Assembly (NCBI RefSeq): GCF_963506605.1
Contig: NC_083285.1
Coordinates: 62,000,001-62,064,000 of the forward strand
From: Zootoca vivipara
Lineage: Eukaryota
Direction: 5' to 3'
Length of the DNA: 64,000 bases
Positions 46,601 to 59,996 of this stretch are shown here, one piece after another (the first letter of the stretch is position 1; each line of letters opens with the position of its first letter). The translations under genes were made by a program, and so were the position numbers. The notes beneath the pieces were generated by a model. The model worked only from the letters and a program-made list of their open reading frames with translations, did no database searches and was not told the DNA's origin.

Positions 46601-47289
46601 AAACACTGCTTTTGCATAAACTTTTAATACTTGACTTCAAGGTCTAGATCTGGCACTTTGAAAACTGATTAATACCAAATTTGAAAACATGTAAATCATT
46701 TTCATATGTTAGAATGGAATTCTTCCCTCCTCCCAACTTCTCTTAATACATACTTTAATTTCTGTCAATTTCTTGTTGCTTTTAATAAGTCTCATGCGAG
46801 GCTGGATTAGCATAAAATTAAACTGTCAAAGTGGCTTGCAAGAAAGCTAGCTTACGTTGATTATTACCAAAAGTAAGGAGGATTATTTCATGTCTCTGAG
46901 TGTGTGATTTTGTGTGTGATAAATGTAGCAAGTTATCAAACGCTATGGGGCATGGCAGATTTTATTACTGTTCTACATGCCGTAGGGAAAAGAAAGCAGA
47001 ATCTTGTTACAAATCTTTCGCTTAAAACAACAATACACTCCTACGAATGGAAGGACTGCATATTCTAAATATTTTTTTACCCCAGATTTTTAAATTAGAC
47101 TTGTAAAACATGAGTATTTTGGGTTTGCTTTGTTGTGATTCTGGTCAGGTCTTTTCCTTCGTGTATGCCTTAGGGTGGGATGATTTTAAATCATCCAGAA
47201 AAGTTACTCATTTAAGTAGTTTCCCAATGTGCAATCTGTGTTTTTTGCAAACATGTATACGACTTAGTTGTACCTCACCAAAGACTCCT

Positions 47290-48430
47290 GTGTAAGCTTA
47301 GCAGTCATTGAATAAGAGGAGATGCCCTCTTGTGGATCAATGATGGGTTAAGTCAGTGGTTTTCAACCAGTGTGGTGGCATCCTGGGGTGCCTTGAACGA
47401 TGGTCAGTGGTGTTGCAGGCAACACTGGCCTCTGTCCTTCTTTCCTTCCCTCCCCCCTTGGATGCCCTCTTGTCTCCTTGCCTTCCAAAGGCTTCCACAG
47501 CTATTTATTGCAGCAGCCCTTGCTATAAGCTCCTCAGGCGAATGGTGCCTCTGAGTGGCATATCTCTTTGGGGGTGCAGCTCAGAGACAATGGATGACAG
47601 CACCAGCTGCCCAGAGGACTCCCAAGGAGAGGGGAGAGGAGGATGAGGGAACACTCCACAAGGGGAGGGTGATAGGCTGCCAGCTCTGCAGGCAAGGGGT
47701 GACATAACTGGGCTCCAGAGCCCCACAGGGGTGGCGGAGAAAGAATGTAGTTGGTTAAGGAAGCCATGGACTCAAAAAGGTTGAAAATCTCTGGGTTAAG
47801 TAACAGGAAACTCAGGGTACAAATTACCATAGTAGGGAGGGATGTCAGAGGTGAAGGGTCTCCCAAGTCTCAGTATTTTACCTTGTTCATAAATGATCTA
47901 GAGTTAGAGGCAAGCAGTGAAGTGGTCAAGTTTGCTGATGATACTAACTTGTTCAGGGTTCCTAAAAGAGCTCCAAAAGGACATCTCCAAACTGAGTGAA
48001 TGGGCAGTAAAAAGGCAAATCAATTCAGTGCAAACAAGTGTAAAGTGATGCATGTTGGAGAAAAAAAATCTTAATTCTCATAACATTAGAATTCATCAAC
48101 ACCTATTGGAAGACTAAGGACAGACATTTTGTCTTCTCACAGTAAACTATGGAATTGACTCCCACAAGAAGCAGTGATAACCATCAACTTGGCTGGTTTC
48201 AAAAGAGGATTAGACAAATTCAATGGCTACTAACTGATATATTCTACCACCACTGTCCAAGGCAGTATGCTTCTGAATACCAGTTGCTTGAAACCCAGGC
48301 GAGAAGAGTGCTGTTGCACTCAGATCCTGCTTGCAGGTTTTCCATAGGCATCTGGTTGGCCACTGAGAACAGGATGCTGGACCAGATGGGACACTGGCCT
48401 GATGCTTCTGGCTCTTACGTTCTCACGTTT
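47290..48430 (+). mobile_element. Degraded CR1 (RT to 3' tail) interrupted by a hAT MITE
   Basis: LWINDGL|SNRKLRV across the MITE; FINDLE..VVKFADDTNLF; AACAAGTGTAAAGTGATGCA; 3' TCTTACGTTCTCACG tail. Boundaries approximate. Confidence 0.75.
47354..47793. mobile_element. hAT-Charlie-type MITE
   Basis: TIRs CAGTGGTTTTCAACC / GGTTGAAAATCTCTG; perfect 8-bp TSD GGTTAAGT (47346-47353, 47794-47801). Confidence 0.88.
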
Positions 48431-48643
48431 GTTGGATTGTATTTGATGTAGCGTTAAGGAGAATGCTTGGTTGGTGTGTAGAGTCAGTGGTGAAGTTCTG
48501 GCAAGTGCTGCTGCATGTACTGGAGTGGTGCCCCACTTGCAAAGCATGAGATGGTACATTTACCCTAAAGGATGTCCACATCTGAAAGAGAGAGAGGAAC
48601 TTCTCTTCTTAGCTGTAAATAAATTTCTCATGCAAATGAACTA

Positions 48644-48865
48644 CAGTGGAACCTCGGGTTACAGCGGGGATCCATTCCGGAGGCCCTGCTGCAACCTGAG
48701 AATTATGCACATTGAAGCACCACATCTGCACATTCGCGATTTAGCACATCTGCGCATGAACGAATGGCGAACCCAGAAGTAACCCGTTCCAGTACTTCCG
48801 GGTTTGCTGCGCACATTCGCCGAAGCGGACGCAAGCGGAGGTGGACGCAGAACGAGGTTTGACTG
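48644..48865. mobile_element. Tc1/mariner (pogo/Tigger-like) MITE
   Basis: TA|CAGTGGAACCTCG...CGAGGTTTGACTG|TA. Confidence 0.8.
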
Positions 48866-49796
48866 TAGTTTGAAAGTGTACCTTGGTGTACCTCCAGTCT
48901 GTTAAACAGAGTTGGCCAGTGGCCTCATACATACAATTTGCCGGCTCACAAGGTGGAGCACAACAGGGGACAGCAGAACTCGGAAGGATTCAATGGATAC
49001 AGATTTGTAACTCTCTTCATGTTCTGCTTCACTTACCAGAGGCAAATCTTTCTTAGCGTTACCTCGTGGGAGGATATGTAGCTACAAAAAGTAGCATGCC
49101 AAGCCTTAACCTCTGCATCCTTTTCTCCAGCAAAGGGCATTTATTATTTCTGTGACACCACCAGTTCTGAATATTTTTATGTACCTGGAAAAAGAATTCC
49201 AGGCCTTGCAGAGTTTATAGTATGAAAATGAATGCAACAACAAATACTTGACTGGAATTTTTTTGGGGGGGGGGGAGAGATGGGGTGTCAACTCCCAAGA
49301 GAGGAGCTAATTTGCTCCTCTGCAGTCCTTTTTATTGTTACACTGCACTGTGCTAAACCAAAGTGTGGCTTAGCATGCTGTCCAAGCTTGTGGTTAAGAT
49401 ATCTCATCACTAACCACAGTTGGAGTGCAAGTTAAAATGACACATTAAGCCAAACCTTGGATTAATTAATGTGACACAGGAGTGAAAAAGAACGGGGAGG
49501 AGCAGAATGGCTGTGGGCTCCTCTCCAAACTCCCACACATTTGTGAAGTATCCCTAAGTCAGAGTTGGGTTTACTGTGTTGTGCGAACCAGCTCATCTCT
49601 GATGCCTGCCTGGGTCCTGCATTACATGGGTGGCTGCTACTGAAAACAACCACCGTCACATTTCTGCCTCTCTTCTCCCAGCAGTATTTAGAAATACCAA
49701 AGAAAGGGACACGGTGTCTGCCCATCATTGTGGGAGTTTGCCGACTCCATGCTACTGGCTGCTAAGGTTGCAGGAACAAGAACACACTTGATAAGA

Positions 49797-50032
49797 TAAA
49801 AAAATTCCTTCAGTAGCACCTTAAAGACCAACTAAGTTTATATTTTGGTATGAGCTTTCGTGTGCATGCACACTTCTTCAGATACCTGAAGAAGTATCAG
49901 GTATCTGAAGAAGTGTGCATGCACACGAAAGCTCATACCAAAATATAAACTTAGTTGGTCTTTAAGGTGCTACTGAAGGAATTTTTTTATTTTGCTTCGA
50001 CTCAGACCAACACGGCTACCTACCTGTAACTG
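49797..50032 (+). mobile_element. Penelope-like element pLTR fragment as a perfect 94-bp inverted repeat
   Basis: Arms 49796-49889 and 49897-49990 are exact reverse complements; 13-bp TSD ACACTTGATAAGA (49784-49796, 50033-50045); contains the hammerhead motif. Confidence 0.88.
49901..49938 (+). ncRNA. Minimal type I hammerhead ribozyme (mirror copy on the minus strand at 49848-49885)
   Basis: GTAT-CTGAAGA-A-GTGTGCATGCACAC-GAAA-GC-TC^ATAC: stem I GTAT/ATAC, CUGANGA and GAAA core, palindromic stem II, vestigial stem III, as known for Penelope-like elements. Confidence 0.8.
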
Positions 50033-53000
50033 ACACTTGATAAGACTTTGTGGTGTCTGTTACATTGTTTGATGTTCCTGAGGTGAGAGGAGAAAGGGAT
50101 CTGGGACTGCTGCTTATTCACTGTGATAAGTGAAATCTTTGATCCATATTCCATATTAAAATCAGGTTAAATGTCTTGAGGCACCCAACAGGGCTTTGTA
50201 TTAATGACACCACTATCTGGAACGTCTTCTCAAATGCAGCTGGTGTCCATTTAACCTGTTTCACCATCAAATAAATACTTTTTTAATCAAGGAAGGCATT
50301 TCTGAGCCGTTGGATCTTATTACTTAATGCTGCTGCTTAAATTTTACTCTCAAAATTACTTTAAGATTTATGTCTTTAGCTATACAGTATCTCTCTTTTT
50401 TTTAGTACGGTTGCTGGCTTGATTAATTGATTACTTTGATGGTGATTTATGTTGTACGTCACCTCAAGTATCTTGAAACTAGAGAATGAGACAAATAGAT
50501 TTTACAAATAAGCAATCTTTTTTGTGGAAACGTGTGTTGGATGGAAGAATAGTCTTCAGTATTGTCCTATACTGTATATCTAAAAATTAATTTTGTAAGT
50601 TTTCCATTCAGTCACCCACAGACATATTCAAATATATACACATCTATGTGAAATAGTACACTTCATTGTAATAGTATTGCTGCAGTTAGAACCAAAATTG
50701 TGAAGCTCCCAACACCCTCCAGGTTAAAATTATCTTGCTTTTATATATCTTGAACAAGGAGCGTTATCCAATCTTGGGTTCCCAGATGTTGCTGGATTGC
50801 AACCTCCTCCTCCACAGCCAGCTTGACCAATGGCTGCCAGGGATGGAGGGAATTGTTCTCCAACAATACCGGTATCTGGGGACTAAAAAGTGGGAAAAAC
50901 CACTTAAGAATCCATTGATTCAGTAGGTCTGTTGGGAATGCACATCTATTTAAATCAGGGGTGGGTATTCACAGACCTGGAAGCCAAATGTTGATCTCCA
51001 GGACTCTCAGGTCACATCCTCTCACTATCCTCACTCTGCACCCCACTTGAGTGCTTTTACCTGCCTGAAATGTGTTCTTGAACTCTGGTGCCGCTGTTTT
51101 CTTTCTTGCCTGGATAAAGTGTGTGTGTGTGTGTGTGAGTGAGAGAGAGAGAGAGAGAGAGAGAGACTTTCGTGTGATTGGAATGCATATTACTGTGCAC
51201 AGAGGTGAGTGTTGCATCCGTTGCTTAACCTACTTTTAATTTGGCTCCACACACCACTGACATGCCCTCTCTTGAAGGTTGTCCACAATGGAATGCCGCC
51301 TTTGGACTGAAAAGGCTTCCCTACTCTGGATTTAAGCCCTACTTGGGAAACAGCCCTATTTATATTTGTTGAGCTGTCGTCGTACTCATTTAATGCAATG
51401 TGTGCAGTTTTTCTCTGAACTTTACAATTAGGACTCTTGTTAAGTTATAGGTCATGTCTACACCATACTTAGAATTGATGGAGTCACAGAATTGTAGAGT
51501 TGGAGGGGACCCCAAGGGTCATCTAGTTCAACCCCCCTGCAATGCAGGAATCATTAGGAGACCGCTCACAAAGCTACAATTCTCAGCACCCGTAGCAAAA
51601 TACAGTTTCCAGGATTCTTTGAGAGAACCCATGACTGTCCAAGTGGCACAGGAGTACTTTAAATATATGGAGTGGATGTGAGCATAGAATAATTTGCTTC
51701 TTTTAAAAGGTCCAGGAGCAGAGCTTAAGTTGATGAGCTCCCTCTTGTCCCACAGTCTCACAGTGCAGAAGCATGTATGCAGGCTTCTGCTAAACTTGTT
51801 GAACTACAGGTAGGATTTCCTACCTGATGACCTATATAGGATGTTGGCAGCATTCAGAATTAGCCAGGTGCCAGGCACATTTTGCACCCGGCTATCGGCC
51901 ACTTGCAACCAAGTGAAGATGCCTGGGTGCCAGGATGGTGCCTGATGTCTCCACCATTTGGCTGGCGGGTGCCTAGCAGCAGGTTTTGTGTTGCTGTGCT
52001 ATGGCATGAGTCAGATTTTAGACGGAGCTGTCATTTTCAGCTTTGTAATGTTGTAAAAGAAGAAGTGGGGGAGCACCTAAACATTTTGTTAGTGTGCCTA
52101 TAACCTAGGTTTAAGGGGCTGTATGCTGAATAGCTTTTAAATTTCAGTTTCTAACACTGGGTGTTTGATATGGGAGAATTTCCGTGGCTGCAACCTCTTG
52201 AGTTTGTCATCTTTGAGATCTACACATGAATTTATTTTTCACAGTACCCCTGGGCTGATATGTACAAGATGGAAAGAGAAACAGAGATGCGGATATTCCA
52301 GAAAAATAGATGCCGGAAAATTTCTCACTGATTCCAATATCCTGGAAAATATATGATTAGACTACTTCTGCCAGGAATATAGTAAGCCTGAGCCCTCAGT
52401 TCTAGGGAGTCCACTAAGCAAAATCCCACCCTGAGACTAGGAGGTTCCTGGTTCATGCTCCCTAGTCCCTGACACTCAGGGTATCCCTGATCCTTCTTTG
52501 GGAAAGGCATTACTTGCATTCCGGTCTTCCCCCTCTCTCTTTCCTTTCCTTCATTTTGAACATAAATGGAAATACTTCACAAAATGAAGCTGACCCCAGA
52601 AAAAGTGCCGTGAGCTTTCCACTTCCTGAAGAACAAGGAGTGAAACTGCTGACTGGCCCTAGGCATGTTTTGTTTCCGCCTCTTTCCCTCACCCCATCAT
52701 TTTCTAAAGCAATTTTCAGCAGGAGTTTTCTCCAGCTGCCTCTAGCTGCAACAATCAACTTGTTTGGCTGTAATCAGTCCAGTTAGCCTTGTGACGCGTT
52801 AAGTAAATAGAGTTTTAGGTGACAAGATGAATAGTTATTACTCTGGAATCAACACTTTGGGCAGCAGCATAACGACAAGTAAGATGCAAGTGAGAACAAG
52901 GCAGGTTGCTATCAACTTTGTTCTCTGAACACAGTCTGCTTTAGCGAAGCATAGTAATGATTTCTTTCTGCATGCTAGAAGGTTATGAAATGAATGGAGA

Positions 53001-54384
53001 GTTTTTGACCTTGAGAAGAATAGAACCTTTGATAAATTTAACGCTTGCCTATTTGATAGCATGTCGGATTGTCAACTTTTTAATCTTAACCATGCACAGG
53101 TTAGCTTTAGCAGTTAATGTAGGATGAATAGGAGATAATTGCCTGATTTTGTTGCTTATTACGTGGTGTGTTCCTTTAACTTTTGGTACATTCTGGAATG
53201 TACCAAGTAATTGTGGTGTAGCTGCTGATGTATTAGGTTTGGCACTGGGAGAGTTCTTGGTCCAAGTCTCCTTTCCAAGGAAGCTCATTGGTTGGGCTTT
53301 GGCAAGTCACTAATGTTCAGTTTAATCTCCTTTGCAAGGCTATTTTGAGGATAAAATGGGACAACTCGCATATGGTGCTCTGAGGTTCCTGGAGGAAAGA
53401 GTAGGATATATATATGGTAATCAGCTCGTTTGTTTAACAGATAGAAGGCTTCTTCACAGCTACACACAACCGGCCCCTAGAACCACAGTGGCCTGCTGCC
53501 AAATCCCATTGCTACAGGGACCATGCTTTTTTGCTTCTAGGGAAATGAGAGCCAAGTGATACTCTTCAGAGAGCCAGGCTTGGCCCAATGGCCTCTAGTT
53601 GCTGTCCGCTGGTGTATAGTTTTCACCTGGGGGGTGGTGTTGGTCAAATCTGATTTCTCTTTTCCTTCACTCTCTTATTAGGATTCATACTGCAATGCTG
53701 TGCCTGATGCCTCGTAATCCCTCTCGACCTCAGGTCACCTCACCTGACATTTCAACTTCCCTGTTGAGTCAAGCCATTATTTCTATTGCTTGCTCTTGCG
53801 TGCTCCTGCTACTTTTTCTTGACGTTACAAGTGTTTTCTCCAGCAGCATGTTCCGTGTTCATTGAGTAATCCTGAGTATTACTCAGCAAAGCAATAGTAA
53901 TATATTTTAGCTGTTCAAATACTTTCCAATCGTCACACTTTCTGAACCTGGACTGGTTTGTGTTGCAGTTCTCAGGAGCAGTAATGTCTCAACATAGGTA
54001 GTACAGTAGTTAAGCTACTATCACAGTAAGCTCACCCTACCAATAACCAGGGGAAAATAAAAGTTAATAAAAGTTAAAACACATGCTTATTTTATGTTTT
54101 TGTGTGTGTGTGTACACAAATAAATGTGAGGATACAGTTGTATATGCATATATCCCCACCCCAGTTTGTGCAGAAGTAAAGTTGGCTAAAATGAGAGAAG
54201 CCAACTGGTCCTTTCAACCCACCTGTATCTGTGCAGTTCCTTCTTTGCATCAGTTGGGTTGAGAGGAATCATTGCATATTAGCCATAGAATTGTTGTCCT
54301 TGCAGAGGATTCTGGGACATGATCTCTGGTCATGCAGAGCACTAACCAGGCTTGCTGGGTCCTACTACAATTCCTGAGGGTTTT

Positions 54385-54486
54385 CTGTTTAGGGTGGCTT
54401 TTAATGTTTAATAGATTATTGTATTTTATTTTTCTGTTGGAAGCCGCCCAGAGTGACTGAGGAAACCCAGCCAGATGGGCGGGGTA

Positions 54487-54521
<35 letters not shown>

Positions 54522-54527
54522 ATTATT
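54385..54527 (+). mobile_element. L2 3' terminus with (AAAT)n tail
   Basis: GTTGGAAGCCGCCCAGAGTG..CCAGATGGGCGGGGTATAAATAAAT matches the reverse complement of 662-720. Confidence 0.85.
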
Positions 54528-55207
54528 ATGTGTTTAGCTGTCATGAATACACACAGGGGAGCTGAGTGTTGGCAAAGGATGGCATGTAATGGAAATGTCT
54601 CTTTGTACAGCTTGCCTATCTTTACCATCTTTTTCGCTGAGGATTTCCGCTGCTTTGCGTTCTGTGCTCTTTCTTACTCTAAGGTGGTCAGTTTGTTCTG
54701 TGTTGTATAATGTATATGTAGCTTTAATGACATGGTTTCCCAGTTTAGGGTTTGCAGGTTGGAAGTTACAAGTGAGGGCCTGGGGAACTTCGGGAGGAAA
54801 AGGAGATTTATTCCTCTTACCCTGCTTCCATTCTTTGTTTTGCATGCTTCAGTATGAGTTTACAAATGGAATATTGACTCTTCCTCCAGTAGTGTATATT
54901 GAACATTAATATTTTCAGTGTGTTGCAGTGATTGCAAATAGTTTTCTGTTCTTCCTTGTGTTTTGAAACGGTTGGGTTCATTAAACTGCAGATACCTTTA
55001 AAACATATTGTACTTTTTAATAGTGAAGTATTTTGACACCCATATATTATCCCTTTATATTTGCAAGACTGTAATATATAAAACACTATCCTGATTGGAG
55101 TCATTATCAAATGCATCTTGTTGAATCCACCCCCCCCCCCGTGACTACAGTATCAAATTTGTAAAAGATACCTCCCTCTTTGAGTCTAGAAAGGCTAGAA
55201 CTGAGTA

Positions 55208-55448
55208 CAGTGGTACCTCGGGTTACAGACGCTTCAGGTTACAGATGCTTCAGGTTACAGACTCCGCTAACCCAGAAATAGTACCTCGGGTTAAGAACTT
55301 TGCTTCAGGATGAGAACAGAAATCGTGCGGCAGCGGCACGGTGGCAGCGGGAGGCCCCATTAGCTAAAGTGGTACATCAGGTTAAGAACAGTTTCAGGTT
55401 AAGAATGGACCTCCAGAACGAATTAAGTTCTTACCCGAGGTACCACTG
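55208..55448. mobile_element. Tc1/mariner (pogo/Tigger-like) MITE
   Basis: TA|CAGTGGTACCTCGGGT...ACCCGAGGTACCACTG|TA: perfect 16-bp TIR. Confidence 0.92.
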
Positions 55449-55687
55449 TAGTTGTTGTTCATGATTTTGTTAGGGTTTTGCCAATAGGGCTAGGAAAATA
55501 TACTTTGAGATGTGATTAGATAAAATTGTCAGTTAGAATACACAGCATTCAAAGCCACCATTTTATTTTTAGCATTGTTATGCTACATTTTTGAAACTTC
55601 ACTTTTTTGCTTTCCAGTAGAACTTGCTTCTTCTGTCGAAAGGATCGCTGTAACCTATTCTTACATGTTTATTTTATCTTTTTCCAG

Positions 55688-55761
55688 GTTCTGATGCTGA
55701 GCAGGATGCTGCTATCAAACTTGCCAGAGAACGAGCTGACATAGTTGCCAAGTATGACAGA
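55688..55761 (+). CDS. USP6NL: USP6NL coding exon (74 nt, phase 1 to 0): (G)SDAEQDAAIKLARERADIVAKYDR
   Basis: Acceptor TTTTATCTTTTTCCAG, donor AGA|GTAAGT; peptide matches USP6NL [22 protein letters not shown]. Confidence 0.95.
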
Positions 55762-56548
55762 GTAAGTTTCTGTACTTGTTAAGGCATCCTTGCAAATTGC
55801 TATTCTTCTGCTCTCCTGAGGCAAAGACCGATTGCCACAGGTGAGCAGATGGCTGGCAAATAAAGATGCCTGCCCCTTTCTTCCTGTCCTCGTGTGCCAT
55901 TCTTGGACAAACATGGTGATGCCACACTATGTTTTTTTTACAAGAAGAGAGGAGGAGCAAAGATTCACTCCAATTCCACATTGGAAACAGTGCCTAAATT
56001 TCATCCTCCTCTTTTCTATGTTGCAAGAGAAATGGCATGGGGAGGGAATATTTAGTACTTCAAAAGAACACAGGAATTGCTTCGCTGGGTACGACAACTA
56101 ATATTATGTCTCCGATCTTGCCCAGGCAAATGCCTTTGGGAAACTCATAAGTGGATAGTCTTATGTTAGTTGCTGACATTGTCTGGTAGTTGGAGATCCA
56201 GTTTCTCTGAACCTGCATGTTCAGCTTAGTTAATATGAGAAACTGGCGCGTTTGCTTTTTAATGTTCTGTTTTTAGCTGAGCATGATAGCCATCGTTATT
56301 ACCGGAGAAATGGTAGGAGCGATTGTAGTAGTGGTAGTTTATGATGCTTAAACATTAGAGCAATTGTAATGCAGACACATGGGAACAGCATAGACATGGC
56401 TGCTATCCAGAGAGCGATGTCACACAAGACTGAATATATGCATGGGGGTTATTTATGTACTCCTCTTATAAAAACAGGAAGCAAAAAAACCCCATTGCCC
56501 ACATGGACCCCTGCCCCACTTCTCTGGATGATAGCTGTGTGTGTAGTA

Positions 56549-56751
56549 CAGGGGTCAGCAAACTTTCAGCAGGGGGCTGGTCCACTGTCCCTCAGATTTT
56601 GTAGGGGGTAGGACTATAGTTTGGAAGAAAAAAGAACAAATTCCTCTGCCCCACAAATAACCCAGAGATGCATTTTAAATAAAACCACGGGCCACATTTA
56701 GAAGGCGATTGGGCCGGATCTGGCCCCCTGGCCTTAGTTTGCCTACCCATG
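56549..56751 (-). mobile_element. hAT MITE related to OC1 (same family as 40902-41151)
   Basis: CAGGGGTCAGCAAACT...AGTTTGCCTACCCATG; perfect 8-bp TSD GTGTAGTA (56541-56548, 56752-56759). Confidence 0.88.
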
Positions 56752-56880
56752 GTGTAGTAGCTTAGAAATAAGGAATTTGCTCCCGGTTGCAAACTTCAAA
56801 TCAGTCCCTTGCCTTCCAACATGTTGTACCGTAAGTAATGAATGAATTCTTGTTTGTCTTTGTTGTGTGTTTTTCTGTAG

Positions 56881-56963
56881 GGCCGTGAAGGTGTGCAGAT
56901 TGAGCCTTGGGAAGATGCAGACTACCACCTTTACAAAGTTACTGACAGATTTGGTTTCCTGCA
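56881..56963 (+). CDS. USP6NL: USP6NL coding exon (83 nt, phase 0 to 2): [27 protein letters not shown](H)
   Basis: Acceptor GTTTTTCTGTAG, donor GCA|GTAAGT; peptide matches USP6NL [28 protein letters not shown]. Confidence 0.97.
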
Positions 56964-58791
56964 GTAAGTTGCATAGCTTGGCAAGGGAATTACATTAAAA
57001 GTTTGTTGCCTGCAATTTTTTTTTTAATGTTTTCCACTTTTATAAGCCTGTTTGGTCAAAGTATTGACTGCTTGAAGTAGAATTGCTTTGTGAATAGTAT
57101 TCCATTTGGTGAATAAAATTTAAATTGTCTTGCACAGTATTCTTCGGTTATTTATATTCTCCACTTTTCTTACTCTGATTTGAAATTGATCCGTACTTGG
57201 TAATGGAAAAGTATGGGCAGTCACCTTTCCTGTGTATAATAGTAGCAGGGAGAAGCTTTGTGCAGCAAAATTCAGGTCATGCTAGATACTTTCTGTAAGA
57301 ACTAAAATAATGTTCTTCAGGGGACTCTACAGAGGATGCTTCTACAGAGTGTGTAACTGATGTTCCTTGTTCTCCAATAGAAAATAGTTTTATTTCTTAA
57401 GATATATGTCACAAACATATAAGAATTTTATGTAGCTAAATTTATTCGCAACGATCATGGGGCACAACAGAGGAACAGTGAAAAACACCATCCCTTTACT
57501 ACCCAACATTAGTTACAGATGTAAATTTCCCAGTTGCCTAACACCTATTAAGAAATTCTGGGGTGCTACAGGCTGACATACTCCCCCATTCTCTTCTCTG
57601 TCTTTGAAGATGTTTTGTGCATTATGATACTTAAAACCATAGTCTGTTTTTCAGACTTCAGTTAAAAAGATACATCCAGCTGAATAAATAAATGAAATTC
57701 AGATAAAAAAACATTGTTTGAATTGAAGGGGAAAGTTAAACTGAAAAGTAAAAGGAGACCAGCATAACACTTGTTCATCTCCATTCAGCAAGGTAAAGCC
57801 AATGCCTGCTGCTGATGTCAATGTATAACAGCTTGCAGATGTGCATTACAGTGCACAGCCAGTCCCTGCTGAACTAGATTGATGCAGTTGATGGATATGC
57901 TTTCCCCCATCCAGGACCAGGACTTGCAAACAATGGAGTGCAACTAGAACTGAGGCTTTTTACCAAAAACAGTTGAATTGGTGATCAGTTCAGGCCTCTG
58001 GTGACCCTTAATCTGACTTTAGTGGTAGCCTGGGCAAGGTTCACAATGGTTTAGGTTAGCACTCGGTTTTAGCTCCCAACAAGAGTACAGGTTTTCCCTT
58101 CACTTCAAGAAGAAGTCATGTTATCTAAAACTTGGACCATCCTTTTTAAATCTAGAAGTTATATGCAGGTGGCAATTCTAGTAAATAAGGAGGCAAGTCT
58201 TCAATCAAACAATTGCTATAAGAAACATAGATGATAGTTTAGACATCAACTTCTGGAAGTTCTCATCCTAATAGCCATTGTTTGAAACATTAACATTGTT
58301 AAATTTTCTTTAATGGTTAAGACAACTTGGAGAGAGGATTTTCTAGCTTGGCCAAGTGTTTATGAATTTACATGAAGATAAGCTGCTGTGTTTATGGTTT
58401 CATTTAGCCCAGATTATGGTTTCATTTAGCCCAGTACTGTCTATTGTACCTGGAAGCAGCTCTTCAAGGTCTCAAGCATGGCTCTCTACTAACCCTGTTA
58501 CCTGCAATCCAGTTCACTACAAACGCCACAGATTGAATCTGGGAGCGGTATCCAGTTAATCGTTATGCTAGCCCAATGACTTCCAGCTGCACAGTGGAGC
58601 TTCTCTGCCCTCTCCTGCCCCTGCACGCATCCTCAGCCTGCATTGGAGGGTTGAAGAAACCCCCAGAGCAGATTTAGGAGACGTGTGGGTTGGACCGCAG
58701 GGAGAAAAGAGATAATGGAATTTGCATTGCACACCTAAAAGCCATTATGCTAGTGTGACCCCTTAGTTGGCTACTTCCCTGAGTTCCTATA

Positions 58792-58960
58792 TAGGGCTGG
58801 GCAATATTTGGTTTTCAATATGGGCTTGTTATGGACCTGAAACCGGTTTTGGATGATATGTCGCCCTAACACATATCATGATTCGTGATATATTGCCAAG
58901 TCAAAAACTATGAAACTGATTATCACGATAAGGACTTCAAACCGGTTTTGGACGATATAG
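58792..58960. mobile_element. Rearranged hAT (Ac-like) MITE remnant
   Basis: Starts TAGGGCTGGGCAATAT; internal duplicated AAACCGGTTTTGGA(T/C)GATAT; no clean right TIR or TSD. Confidence 0.45.
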
Positions 58961-59376
58961 CCTATATGTGCAAAGCATGTGCTCTGCTGCTTAGCTATGT
59001 CCCCTCCCCACTGTGCTTGAATGTATAACTGCCACGCTTGTCTGAACAATGTAATGGTGTACTACTGTGCAGCGGCTTTAATTTACAAGTCAGCGTTGAG
59101 GAGTCCTTTCGTTAACCATTTCCCCAAGGGAAATTCATAAGTAGACCATTTACACAGAATTTCCATAGAGCTACCAATATCGTGCTACTTAGCGTGCATG
59201 AGCCTTGCATTTTTCCAGAAAATCTATTTGCGTGGACACAAAAAGTTCCAAGTGTGTATGTGTGTTTGCTTGTACATCTTTCATCAAGAGACAGTACTGT
59301 AGCTGGAGCACTGGTATTTGATTGAGGGCAGGTAATGCTTATCCAGTTAGCTAGGTTGTATGAGAGTTCACTTTCA

Positions 59377-59445
59377 AAGCTCATACCAATGACAAACTTA
59401 GTTGGTCTCTGAGGTGCTACTGGAAGGATTTTTTGTTTGTTTGTT
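59377..59445 (+). mobile_element. Short Penelope-like fragment
   Basis: AAAGCTCATACCAA..AAACTTAGTTGGTCTCTGAGGTGCTACTGGAAGGA matches the right arm of 49897-49990. Confidence 0.75.
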
Positions 59446-59996
59446 AAAACAGCCAGTCTGCCATAAACATATGGTGACTTGGGATCTCTTACCAAAGCGG
59501 TAAGGAAGGAATTGCTCTGCAGAAACCCATGTAAGCGCTGTGCCTGAGAACCATCAGAGGCGAGATGCACGCATGGGACCTAAATGTGGCAAGAAAAGCT
59601 CAAGGCCCTCTTGCTTCTTCCCACACCACTTCAGTACAACATTCAAAACACCCACACTTAATTAGCACATACATCTAATTAAGCAAGTGTTCAGAGTTGA
59701 AGACCAAGGCTGAAGCACAAGCTCAGTAATTGCATAGTATCGTTTGTATATTTATCTTTAGCTCCTTGGAAACTCATTCGAAACTGCAGGACCTCTGCTT
59801 AGCGATTTGGTTTCTCAAGCATATAACTACTACAGGAACCTTTGCTTATGTCTTGAGGGCATGGCGGCACCAGCTCTACTCAGCTGTTGCTCCCTATACT
59901 GTATTCCCTTTACTGTGTTGATATCTTCCTTTCTGCACCTGCCTCAGCATCCCCCAGGTGTGTTTGTGCTGTCACATCTCTTCTCAAGTAAATACA

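Noticed and set aside
50956-51328. Possible old hAT MITE (CAGGGGTGGG..CCCTACTCTG)
   Set aside because: TIRs are degenerate and the TSD cannot be matched cleanly; too weak to list as a feature.
32047-58432. Short tandem duplications (20 bp at about 32047-32086; 22 bp at about 58393-58434)
   Set aside because: Ordinary slippage or repair duplications with no further structure.
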